Below are positions 54,367 to 62,359 of a stretch of 64,000 nt of DNA, piece after piece. The stretch lies in the IMG/VR virus record IMGVR_UViG_3300045256_000127; one strand, 5' to 3'. The position numbers were made by a program, and so were the translations under genes. The notes under the pieces were generated by a model. That model was not told the DNA's origin and ran no database searches. It saw nothing but the letters and a program-made list of their open reading frames with translations. Origin of the DNA: a virus. Its lineage: Duplodnaviria > Heunggongvirae > Uroviricota > Caudoviricetes. Numbering within the stretch: position 1 is the first letter of the stretch; the number at the start of each line of letters is the position of its first letter.

Positions 54367-55519
54367 CCACCCCTCACGCCAAGACGAAGAACGGCTCGAA
54401 CAGGTTAACTTCCACGTCCACAAGCTCAACAGTCGTGTAAGACCGGCACGGGATCGCCGCCTCATCGTGGGCTGCTTCTCTGAGTTCGGGTGCGAGATCG
54501 TCGGGCGGATGTACTGCATCCCCCGACTGCTGAAGCGATTCCCCGGTCGCTACGTCATCGCAATGGGCTGGCACGGTCGTGAGTACCTGTACCGCCATCT
54601 GGTAGACGAGTTCTGGGAGATCGACGAGAAGTACATGTGGTTACGCAACCACGTCTACGCCTTCCACCACCACTCCGACAACCTCACCGCCATCGAGCGG
54701 TCCGCCGCCAAGCACGGCGTCGTCGTCCCCTCCGCTGGCCTCGGCCGGTACGTCGTCGGGAATTTCTGTAAGACGTGCGGTAAATACTGGAACGAGTGGC
54801 GTCACACATCCGACACCTGTCCGGTCTGCAACAGCACCAACATCATCCCCAGCATCTTCGGCAACACCGCCGACTACAAGGACAGTGCGATCCGCATCCC
54901 CCAACCGAAAGGGAAGATCGCCGATTGGGCGAAGTCCGTCGTCGGCGAGAACGCCGTGGCGATCTTCGCCCGAGGCCGCAAGACCTACGGCCGGAACCTG
55001 CCGCCGGAGTTCTACGTCAAGCTGATCGCCCAGCTACGCAGCCAGGGCTACAACCCGATCTGGTTGGGTGAGAAGATCAGCACGCTGCCGTGCCCGGTGG
55101 ACGATGTGATCGACTTCTCCCGTGACCCGACCGCACGGCACCTGGAGAACACGCTGGCGTTGATTTGCGCCTGCAAGTTCACCATCCAGTTCTGGACGGC
55201 ATCTTCGAGATTGGCGGGGTGCATGGGTGTGCCCTACATCCTGTTCGAGAGTCCCGAGCAGATTTACTCCTCCGGCCTGAACCCAGGACAGGAGGGGAAG
55301 CGTCTCGACCTGACGACGTTCGGCCCGAGGAAAGTGGTGCTGTCGCATTATCTTAACGTGCTGAACAACCAGGACGGGGCTTTACTGAAGGTGAACGAGG
55401 CCATCGCCGAGTTGCACGCCGGGAACCACGAGGACATGATCGGGATGGTGGAAGACCCCGAAGCCACGCAGCTATTGAAAGACAAGTTCTACGAATCCGT
55501 GAGGGACAATGGAAAGTAA
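54329..55519 (+). CDS. GT9-like (heptosyltransferase-family) glycosyltransferase, start uncertain
   Basis: C-terminal TASSRLAGCMGVPYILF resembles the GT9 DSGxMHLAAALGxPxVALF block. Overlaps the upstream gene. Confidence 0.4.
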   Translation: MPLALIQPRQRANHPSRQDEERLEQVNFHVHKLNSRVRPARDRRLIVGCFSEFGCEIVGRMYCIPRLLKRFPGRYVIAMGWHGREYLYRHLVDEFWEIDEKYMWLRNHVYAFHHHSDNLTAIERSAAKHGVVVPSAGLGRYVVGNFCKTCGKYWNEWRHTSDTCPVCNSTNIIPSIFGNTADYKDSAIRIPQPKGKIADWAKSVVGENAVAIFARGRKTYGRNLPPEFYVKLIAQLRSQGYNPIWLGEKISTLPCPVDDVIDFSRDPTARHLENTLALICACKFTIQFWTASSRLAGCMGVPYILFESPEQIYSSGLNPGQEGKRLDLTTFGPRKVVLSHYLNVLNNQDGALLKVNEAIAELHAGNHEDMIGMVEDPEATQLLKDKFYESVRDNGK

Positions 55520-56642
55520 CGTACCAACCTTCGTCAAGAGGGCGGCAGAGAGAATGGGATACAACCGGGACTCCTTCGTCGAGAAGGACATGCCCACGGT
55601 ATTGAGTAACATCCACATCCTACCGTTTTTCGGCGACATGCGATCCACCGCACTGATGGCATCTCTGGTCGCCACCCGGTTGCAGGAAGACCTGAAGGGG
55701 AAGTATCTGGTGGTCTGTAGTTGGCCGGGAGCGAGGAAGTTGTTCCCGTATGTTAATGAATTCTGGAGCCACAAGGACAACGGGATCATAAATTCTCTTG
55801 CAATGGGGGCGAACAACTTCTATAATGGCTCTGACGCACAAGTCGAAGTGAAACGTGCCTTGTACGACCATTTCGAAAATGTCCTCTCCTACGACGGCAT
55901 TAAGAAATACTACGACAATGGCTTCGCCACCGACTACTGGCGGCAGGGCAAGACAGTAAAACGCTGTCTGCCCGGAGTACCCTCAGTGACGACGCTGACT
56001 GCCGACTTCAAGAACGAGATGACCCGGAAGGCGGGTGATAAGGTATTGGTCTACCCTACCACCCGCATGCGATCCTGGCAGAAGGGCAAGGTCGAGTACC
56101 TGCCCGTGCCCCAGGACGTGTGGGTCCACATCTGCGAGCGGCTGCTGGCCGAGTCCATCACACCCGTCGTTTACCAAAACAACCAGACCCACGACCTGTC
56201 CAAAGTCTTTGCGGACAGGTGCATCTACGTCGTGCCGAAAGACTGGACACACGCCATGAGTGCGATGCGGGCCTGCGGCATGGCACTGGATGTCCACTCG
56301 GGCATCTCCCGGCTGGCTCTGCTGGCCCGGTGCCCCTTCGTGGCGGTAGACGAGAGGATGCGGTTCTCTGCCCACAAGGAATACGAGTTCGACGACCTAG
56401 CCGGGGAGTGCATGTACCGAAAGTACATCTTCTCGGCTTCGACCGTTTTCCTGGGCGGAAGCAAGGCCGACTGGAATAACACCGTCGTGGACGGCGTTAT
56501 TAACGAACTCAAGGGGCTGCGAAAAACGGCCTCCGTTGCGGCACTCCCCGATGCCACAGAGTCTTACAGCGACGTGTCTTACGACAAAGTGCGTGAACTC
56601 AAGCACAAACGGTTAGGAATCCGTTTTATTAGGAAGTATTAA
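55509..56642 (+). CDS. GT9-like (heptosyltransferase-family) glycosyltransferase
   Basis: N-terminal ILPFFGDMRSTALMASLV (GT9 ILxIRLSAxGD). C-terminal CGMALDVHSGISRLALLARCPFVAV (GT9 DSGPMHLAAALGTPTVALF). Confidence 0.5.
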   Translation: MESNVPTFVKRAAERMGYNRDSFVEKDMPTVLSNIHILPFFGDMRSTALMASLVATRLQEDLKGKYLVVCSWPGARKLFPYVNEFWSHKDNGIINSLAMGANNFYNGSDAQVEVKRALYDHFENVLSYDGIKKYYDNGFATDYWRQGKTVKRCLPGVPSVTTLTADFKNEMTRKAGDKVLVYPTTRMRSWQKGKVEYLPVPQDVWVHICERLLAESITPVVYQNNQTHDLSKVFADRCIYVVPKDWTHAMSAMRACGMALDVHSGISRLALLARCPFVAVDERMRFSAHKEYEFDDLAGECMYRKYIFSASTVFLGGSKADWNNTVVDGVINELKGLRKTASVAALPDATESYSDVSYDKVRELKHKRLGIRFIRKY

Positions 56643-56653
56643 GGAGAATCGAC

Positions 56654-57028
56654 ATGGCTAACGTAACTAATGTGCGGGTCGAGTTGAAGCCGGGCCGTGG
56701 TAACGACTACCACGACCGTGACCGGGCCTTCAAGATCATGCTGGCCCTCTTCAAGAGGAAGGTCGCCGACGCCGGGGTCTTGTCTCAGTACAAGGATCAC
56801 GAGGCTTATGTGTCCCCGTCCCGCAAGGCACGCCTGAAGATGCGTGCCACGGTCCAGGCGAGGAAGCTCGATGAGATCGAGGGCAAGCTGCGTCGGGGTG
56901 AGCCGATTGAGAAAGACAAGAATTTGGTGAAGAAAGTCCAGACCCGAATGAAGAAGAAGAAACAACGTAAAGACAAGCAGCGTGACGGTGGTTACAACTT
57001 CAACTACCGGGAGTACGCTGATAGTTAA
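56654..57028 (+). CDS. rpsU: ribosomal protein bS21 homologue with a Lys-rich C-terminal extension
   Basis: VRVELKPGRGNDYHDRDRAFKIMLALFKRKVADAGVLSQYKDHEAYVSPSRKARLK parallels bacterial S21 (I.V.....ALRRFKR.cekaGvL.E.rr.e.YEKPsekrkR). AAGGAGA RBS. Confidence 0.65.
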   Translation: MANVTNVRVELKPGRGNDYHDRDRAFKIMLALFKRKVADAGVLSQYKDHEAYVSPSRKARLKMRATVQARKLDEIEGKLRRGEPIEKDKNLVKKVQTRMKKKKQRKDKQRDGGYNFNYREYADS

Positions 57029-57036
57029 GGGGACAA

Positions 57037-57327
57037 ATGTCGAAGAACAAACAGGTAATGTCCATCGCCATCGAGCCGGACCTGCATAACGAACTCAAGT
57101 CTTATGCACGCAAGAAGGGCTTGTCAGTTTCGGCCTACATTGGCACGTTGGTAAGCAAGGCCGTGAAGCTGCCGATTGACGATGACCCGGTAATTGTTGG
57201 GAAACCGGCCGACGAGGACGTTGTTCCTGTTATGCTGAAGATTCCTGCGAACCTCAAGGGTGACAAGGTGAACCTCGAAGCGTGGCTCGCCGCCCAGGTC
57301 GCAGGGATCGTCAACAAGCTGGGATAA
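57037..57327 (+). CDS. ribbon-helix-helix (CopG/Arc-type) DNA-binding protein
   Basis: MSIAIEPDLHNELKSYARKKGLSVSAYIGTLVSKAV beta-strand plus two-helix pattern. Confidence 0.55.
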   Translation: MSKNKQVMSIAIEPDLHNELKSYARKKGLSVSAYIGTLVSKAVKLPIDDDPVIVGKPADEDVVPVMLKIPANLKGDKVNLEAWLAAQVAGIVNKLG

Positions 57328-57358
57328 GCTTGACTTCCAAAACGGGGATGGGTAACAT

Positions 57359-57835
57359 ATGAAACTGGTTGCACCGGAAGACATCCCTCTGGGGGAGATC
57401 GTACCGCTCGACAACAAGGCCAAAATCTACAACATCTTCACCAATATGATTAAGATGTGTGAAGAGAAAGAAGGGATTGGCCTATCGGCGGTACAGGTCG
57501 GCCTGCCATACAAGATGTTTGTCGTCAAAGACGGCGACAAATACAGGTGTTTCCTGAACTGCGATTACGAACCGACTACCGAAGCTAAACGAACGTTGTC
57601 CCTCGAAGGGTGCCTGTCTCTGCGGTCGCTAGACGGTCGCTTGCGATTCTTCGAGGTTGAGCGGTGGGACCAGATCAAGGTATCTGGAACCGAATTTTGT
57701 TTATCATCTATTGATTTTATATTTGGTTTTATTGAGTGCGTCAGTTCCCCCTTGTGCGTTGTGTTTCAACATGAGATTGACCACGACAAGGGGGTTCTGA
57801 TCTCTCAGATAGGCAAGGAAGTATCGCTCTTTTGA
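57359..57835 (+). CDS. def: peptide deformylase
   Basis: Three PDF motifs: GIGLSAVQVG, EGCLS and QHEIDH (HExxH). Confidence 0.8.
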   Translation: MKLVAPEDIPLGEIVPLDNKAKIYNIFTNMIKMCEEKEGIGLSAVQVGLPYKMFVVKDGDKYRCFLNCDYEPTTEAKRTLSLEGCLSLRSLDGRLRFFEVERWDQIKVSGTEFCLSSIDFIFGFIECVSSPLCVVFQHEIDHDKGVLISQIGKEVSLF

Positions 57836-57861
57836 AAAACTAAGGACAAGGATGTGCCGAA

Positions 57862-58308
57862 ATGAGTGAACAAGTCGAAACGTGGGGTCGGTGGAACATT
57901 TACAGAGATACCACCGTAGAGCAACACATCCGAGAGCGTGCATACTTCATGTGGCTGGAGGCCGGGTGCCCCGACGGTCGGGACAACGAGTTTTGGTTGT
58001 CCGCCGAACGGGAACTTCTCCAGTCGCCTAAAACCAACTGGCGTGGCCCTTCTTACATTATGGAGGAGGGCGTCATCCACTGCCCATATGTTCCCGAGGA
58101 GTTCAATTCTCCTGTAGTGGATGGCATCGATTTCACTTCTACTGAAGAAGTGACCATCGAGTTGACGAAGCGTTACGAACCTACCCAGAACACGTTAAGC
58201 TACGAACCTACCGGGCGGACTCGTGAAGACCCGGTAGCCTCCCGAGCCAGTGCCCTCATCCGGTTCGGTCGTAAGCTTCTGGACAAGGTGAAGGGTAAAA
58301 GTGAGTGA
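57862..58308 (+). CDS. DUF2934-domain protein
   Basis: RERAYFMWLEAGCPDGRDNEFWLSAEREL matches the DUF2934 core. Confidence 0.5.
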   Translation: MSEQVETWGRWNIYRDTTVEQHIRERAYFMWLEAGCPDGRDNEFWLSAERELLQSPKTNWRGPSYIMEEGVIHCPYVPEEFNSPVVDGIDFTSTEEVTIELTKRYEPTQNTLSYEPTGRTREDPVASRASALIRFGRKLLDKVKGKSE

Positions 58309-58403
58309 TCTCTTTCAACGAGTCCTTGCCGCCAACCGGGGCAAGGACTTCTTCTTGGTCCGGGTAATCCGTGACATGTACACAAAGGAAGGTCGAGCAA
58401 AGT

Positions 58404-58682
58404 ATGGCGTTGACACTGAAACAAGTGGCCGATGTATGTCTGCTCCACCAGGGGCACAAGGAGTGCCGCTACCTGGAGGGGGACGACACGGACCCCCAGA
58501 AGTTCTACTGCAAGAAGAAGTCACCGGACCGAAAGCACATTGACGACTTGGTGCAGGAGTACCTGGACGAGTGCCGGACGAACGGCGAAGACCCCAGGGA
58601 CGGCGGGGTGGCCCTCGCCGACGGTTGTGCGGGATACATTAACCTGAAGAACGTGCCGCAAGGCTACGACGTGGAGGACTGA
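58404..58682 (+). CDS. Cys-containing hypothetical protein; possibly the 3' part of a frameshifted gene starting at GTG 58301
   Basis: Good coding composition from MALTLKQVADVCLLHQGHKECRY on. An upstream GTG ORF (58301) with an AAGGTGAAGGG RBS is in the 0 frame and decays after about 35 codons. Confidence 0.35.
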   Translation: MALTLKQVADVCLLHQGHKECRYLEGDDTDPQKFYCKKKSPDRKHIDDLVQEYLDECRTNGEDPRDGGVALADGCAGYINLKNVPQGYDVED

Positions 58683-58936
58683 TGACGGCAGGAATCGAAG
58701 TAATCAAAGCGAAGAACCCGAGCCTCGGCCAGTGGCTCGAACAGTGGAAGAAGCGGTACGAGAAGAAGTACAACTTCGCCGACTCGAACGATCAGGCCAC
58801 GTTCTACGAGGGCATGACGGAGATGGCGAAGCATCTGGCCCACTCCTCCAACGGGGCGGGCGTCTCGCTTGTGCTGAACCCGGAGGGCGTGACGACGGTC
58901 TACATCAACGCCGCACCGAAGTTGGTGACGCCATGA
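58682..58936 (+). CDS. hypothetical protein
   Basis: ATGA-type overlap with the upstream stop. Confidence 0.4.
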   Translation: MTAGIEVIKAKNPSLGQWLEQWKKRYEKKYNFADSNDQATFYEGMTEMAKHLAHSSNGAGVSLVLNPEGVTTVYINAAPKLVTP

Positions 58937-59139
58937 CTAAAGAAGAGTTCTATGAATCGGTGATGAAGATCGTCACGGCCGGTGCCGTCCCTGTCGTCAT
59001 GTGCCAGTGCGGGTATGGGTCTTGGCAATATGAAGGCCACACTAAGTACCTACACCAAAACTACGAAGGGCAGTGCAAGAAATGCGGCGAAACAGGTAAG
59101 AAGCATTTGTTCGGGGACTTCAACGCCCCGGAGTTGTGA
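58933..59139 (+). CDS. small Cys-rich (zinc-binding?) protein
   Basis: CQCGYGSW...CKKCG. ATGA overlap with the upstream gene. Confidence 0.4.
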   Translation: MTKEEFYESVMKIVTAGAVPVVMCQCGYGSWQYEGHTKYLHQNYEGQCKKCGETGKKHLFGDFNAPEL

Positions 59140-59145
59140 AATGAA

Positions 59146-59172
59146 AAAGCCCGGCGGAAGCCGGGCTTTTTG
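59146..59172. terminator. bidirectional rho-independent terminator
   Basis: aaaaagcccggc-ggaa-gccgggcttttt between convergent genes. Confidence 0.7.
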
Positions 59173-59173
59173 T

Positions 59174-59686
59174 TTACTGATAGTTGACTTGGTGCTTCTT
59201 CACCAGGGCAAGGACTTTCTCCTCAACATCAGTGTACATCGCCGCACGGAACACATTGTCCTGTAGCTCCTCGTCGGCCTTCAAGGCGACCTGCTGGGCG
59301 AGCAGGTTAGCTGCCTTGTCTGATTCCTTAGCTTGCTTCCGATAGCCCATCGCCACGAAGCCAGCCACGACGGCGATCACGCCACCGATCAGCAGTCCGC
59401 CGTTCCCCGAGAGAATCTGGATGCCGCTGTTTTGGTTTGTACTCTGCAAGTTCGCCATGCCAGCCTGGACGTGATCCAGCTTGCTGTTTTGGATTTCGGC
59501 GTTCTGCTTCAAATTGAACAGGTCATTCTTGAACCCATTCTGAATAGTTTCCAGTTGGTCGATCCGCCCGTTTTGGTTGTTAAGCTTCTGATCCAACTTC
59601 GGCTCGAACCGGGGCGACAAGTTGCCGCAGCCGGAAAGACCGACCATCACGAATAGGGCAAGAAATAGCGTAAGTAGCTTTTTCAT
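59174..59686 (-). CDS. lipoprotein with a periplasmic Q/N-rich coiled coil and a C-proximal TM segment (unimolecular-spanin-like architecture)
   Basis: GGAGGT RBS. Signal MKKLLTLFLALFVMVGLSGC with lipobox LSGC. Lpp-like heptads. TM GGLLIGGVIAVVAGFVAMGY followed by about 50 aa. Confidence 0.5.
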   Translation of the reverse strand: MKKLLTLFLALFVMVGLSGCGNLSPRFEPKLDQKLNNQNGRIDQLETIQNGFKNDLFNLKQNAEIQNSKLDHVQAGMANLQSTNQNSGIQILSGNGGLLIGGVIAVVAGFVAMGYRKQAKESDKAANLLAQQVALKADEELQDNVFRAAMYTDVEEKVLALVKKHQVNYQ

Positions 59687-59734
59687 ATCCTACCTCCTCG
59701 TAGGTATTTATGCACCGAAAAGGAATATCCACTT

Positions 59735-59764
59735 GCCTCCCGCCCGGATGGTGCTACAATGGCG
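59735..59764 (+). promoter_or_regulatory. possible sigma70-like promoter (TTGCCT-N16-TACAAT)
   Basis: Lies 30 nt upstream of the CAAGGAGG RBS of the next gene. Confidence 0.3.
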
Positions 59765-59793
59765 TTTGGCTGCGCCTGTCAAGGAGGACTGGC

Positions 59794-60228
59794 ATGGACG
59801 ACGAGACGGTGGACTTCACTAAGTTCGACGAACCCAACCTGGAACTGAAAATCTACATCAAGGCTCTGGAGCGGCAAACTCTGGAGGCCATTGAGAGGTT
59901 TTTCAAGGGCCGGACGTGGTTCTGCGGCGGTCCCATCCCGAAGAACTACCTTTACTCCAAGCAGAGCGTGGACTTGGTGTTGAGTACCGAGTTCCTTAAC
60001 GGCATTGATGAAGTCCGGGCACTCCTGCCCCAAGAGGAGCCGCCCAAAGGTTTCGACCCCAAACGGATCGATTGGGACACGCACCGCCTGTTACAGCTTC
60101 TTCACGAAGTCAAGCGGTTCGGGATTCCGAAAGAGTTCCAGGCGGGTATGATCCTGCTCTACATGCGGTTCTGCATGGGGATTTCAATGCCGGAAAAGAA
60201 GAGGAACCTTGCTCATATAACCTCGTGA
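59794..60228 (+). CDS. hypothetical protein
   Basis: CAAGGAGG RBS then MDDETVDFTKFDEPN. Confidence 0.45.
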   Translation: MDDETVDFTKFDEPNLELKIYIKALERQTLEAIERFFKGRTWFCGGPIPKNYLYSKQSVDLVLSTEFLNGIDEVRALLPQEEPPKGFDPKRIDWDTHRLLQLLHEVKRFGIPKEFQAGMILLYMRFCMGISMPEKKRNLAHITS

Positions 60229-60533
60229 ACCGTGACCTGATATTCGTGTCGGGGTCGTTCTTTGAGACGGAGATTCCAAAGGACAAGACCTTCCTCCTGA
60301 AGTATTACACCACGCCGGTGCAACTGGCTTGGCTACGGTACTTTTTCGCCTTCGGGGATACGAAGTGCTTCAGCGACCACACGGGCCACCCGATGACCGA
60401 CAGGTACGACCGCAGGATGCGGCGACGGTACAAGCGTCTGGTGGAGTTGGAGAAAGACGCCCGCCTCAAGATGGACTTCGACAAGTTGTGGGAAGTCACG
60501 TCCGGCGGCGTCATGATAGACAAAATCATCTGA
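60225..60533 (+). CDS. hypothetical protein with a GTG start overlapping the upstream stop (or a -1 frameshift extension of the upstream gene)
   Basis: Protein-like ORF (FFETEIPKDKTFLLKYYTTPVQLAWLRYFF...) with no ATG start. GTGA overlap with the upstream gene. Confidence 0.35.
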   Translation: MNRDLIFVSGSFFETEIPKDKTFLLKYYTTPVQLAWLRYFFAFGDTKCFSDHTGHPMTDRYDRRMRRRYKRLVELEKDARLKMDFDKLWEVTSGGVMIDKII

Positions 60534-60549
60534 CCAGGGAGGGTCAGTC

Positions 60550-60801
60550 ATGGATAAGCGTACCCAGGCCGAAAGGCTCATCAAGAAGTTCAACGCCTAC
60601 AAGGGCATGACCAGCGAAGTCCTGATGAAGTGCAAGCTCCTGAAGGCGAAAGTCCAGGCCGCACGCCGAGCGGGCGTCACATCCGACCCGGCCCTGGAAG
60701 AGTTAGTTAACAATTCCCTGGCCCAATATCAATCCGACTTGTCTAAATACAAGAAGAAGATGCGCCGCATCTACAGACAAGTTGAGGAATTATGCCACTA
60801 A
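60550..60801 (+). CDS. hypothetical basic protein
   Basis: GGGAGGG RBS. Confidence 0.4.
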   Translation: MDKRTQAERLIKKFNAYKGMTSEVLMKCKLLKAKVQAARRAGVTSDPALEELVNNSLAQYQSDLSKYKKKMRRIYRQVEELCH

Positions 60802-61337
60802 TCAGCTTTGACCAATACCGTGAGAGCAGCCCCGCCACCCGCAACAAGTGGGCAGCGGCCCTCGGCCTCCAGCCGCCGTACTCAGCAGACGTGTACGGTC
60901 ACAGCACGCCCATCAAGTTCGTCGCTGACAAGCTGAAGGAAAAGATCAACGCCAAGCCCAAGAAGGGCAAGCACAAGGATCAGCCGCAGGTGGACGAGTC
61001 TCACGACGCCAAGCCCGACTACTCCTTCGACCGTTTCATCAGTAAAGCCACCCAGATGCGGGGCGAGATGGACGACGAGGAGAAGAAGGCTAAGGAAGAC
61101 GAAGACAAGCTCGACGCCGACATCAAGAAGGCGAAGTCCAAGCCGCAGGATGACGACAAGAAGTCACCCCGTAAGTTCCCGCCGGAAAAGGCACTCGGCC
61201 GGGGCAACCCGCACGAGAAGCCGAAGGGCGACGACGAGAAGGACAAGGACTTCGACGACGACGTTAAGGAATGGGAGCAGGCTTGGGCGGACATGGAGTC
61301 CGACATCGAGGCCAGAACGTCGAACAAGGGTTGGTAA
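60792..61337 (+). CDS. K/D/E-rich hypothetical protein
   Basis: Low-complexity charged C-terminal half. Confidence 0.45.
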   Translation: MPLISFDQYRESSPATRNKWAAALGLQPPYSADVYGHSTPIKFVADKLKEKINAKPKKGKHKDQPQVDESHDAKPDYSFDRFISKATQMRGEMDDEEKKAKEDEDKLDADIKKAKSKPQDDDKKSPRKFPPEKALGRGNPHEKPKGDDEKDKDFDDDVKEWEQAWADMESDIEARTSNKGW

Positions 61338-61368
61338 CTCGACACTGTAATTGGTAAGGAGGCCAATT

Positions 61369-61824
61369 ATGCTGACGACAGGGATGTTCACCCCGACGCT
61401 CGCAATCGACGAGAAACAGGTCGCTAAGGACGTTAAGGAAATCAAGACGAGGACGAAGGTCATGCTCGGCAAGGGCAAGACCATTGTCTTCGCCGTGGCG
61501 TCCGCCCTCGACACCACCGACAACAAGATCATCCACGTCCCCTGCAAGAACGGCATCCACATCTGCAACGCCGTCTACGACGTGACCAAAGACAGTTTCA
61601 TCGTGGAAGGCGTCGAAGTCTTCACCGTGGGCGACATCCCCGCCCACTACTACGTCGAGATGGACGGCGTTCAGGGTTTCCGCATCCACCTGCCCCTTCC
61701 CGAGAAGGTCATCAAGCGGTATCTTACAGAATCCGAGAAGAAGAAGTTTGAGGACTGGAAGGCTAAGTTTCCGGCGGAAAAGTACAACATCAAACTGTTA
61801 GAGATGGTGACTACGAATGGCTGA
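61369..61824 (+). CDS. hypothetical protein
   Basis: AAGGAGG RBS then MLTTGMFTP. Confidence 0.45.
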   Translation: MLTTGMFTPTLAIDEKQVAKDVKEIKTRTKVMLGKGKTIVFAVASALDTTDNKIIHVPCKNGIHICNAVYDVTKDSFIVEGVEVFTVGDIPAHYYVEMDGVQGFRIHLPLPEKVIKRYLTESEKKKFEDWKAKFPAEKYNIKLLEMVTTNG

Positions 61825-62356
61825 AAAGAAGAGAGTCCCGCCCCGGATCGTACCGGACCGGGATAGCAAATACATGGCGATGGCCCTGATCGTGGCCGGG
61901 CTGTCCAAAGACCCGTCCACCCAGATCGGCTCCCTCATCATTGATGAAGACAACTCGCCGCTTGGGTGGGGCTACAACGGCCCTCCGGCCCAGATCGACG
62001 ACAACGCTATCAATTGGGACCGGCCCGACAAGTACGATTTCATTATCCACGCCGAAGAGAACGCCATCGACCACTCGAATGCGTGGCTCGGCAACGCCAC
62101 GATCTACGTCACCGGCCTGCCGTGCAAGAAGTGCATGCTCCGCATCGTCAGTAAAGGAATCAAGCGGGTCTGCTACCTGGAACGGGAGTACGACAAGAAC
62201 AGCATGCAGGTCGTCTCGGCCGACGTGGCACGGGTCCACGAGATCGCCAAGCTGGGCGGGGTGAAGCTGGATGCGTTCAAGGGCAACCTCAACTGGCTGC
62301 CCGACTGGACAATCGTCTTGCGGAATCTCGGAATCCTGGGCGGCAAAGATAAATAA
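61817..62356 (+). CDS. dCMP deaminase (cytidine/deoxycytidylate deaminase family)
   Basis: Zinc-binding HAEENAI and LPCKKC motifs. Confidence 0.8.
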   Translation: MAEKKRVPPRIVPDRDSKYMAMALIVAGLSKDPSTQIGSLIIDEDNSPLGWGYNGPPAQIDDNAINWDRPDKYDFIIHAEENAIDHSNAWLGNATIYVTGLPCKKCMLRIVSKGIKRVCYLEREYDKNSMQVVSADVARVHEIAKLGGVKLDAFKGNLNWLPDWTIVLRNLGILGGKDK

Positions 62357-62359
62357 GGC

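Noticed and set aside
57330-57358. TTGACT-N17-TAACAT promoter-like hexamers directly abutting the def start codon.
   Set aside because: The -10 ends one base before the ATG. A sigma70 start site would then fall inside the ORF, while the PDF N-terminus length fits the ATG at 57359. Probably a chance match, or not the promoter for this gene.
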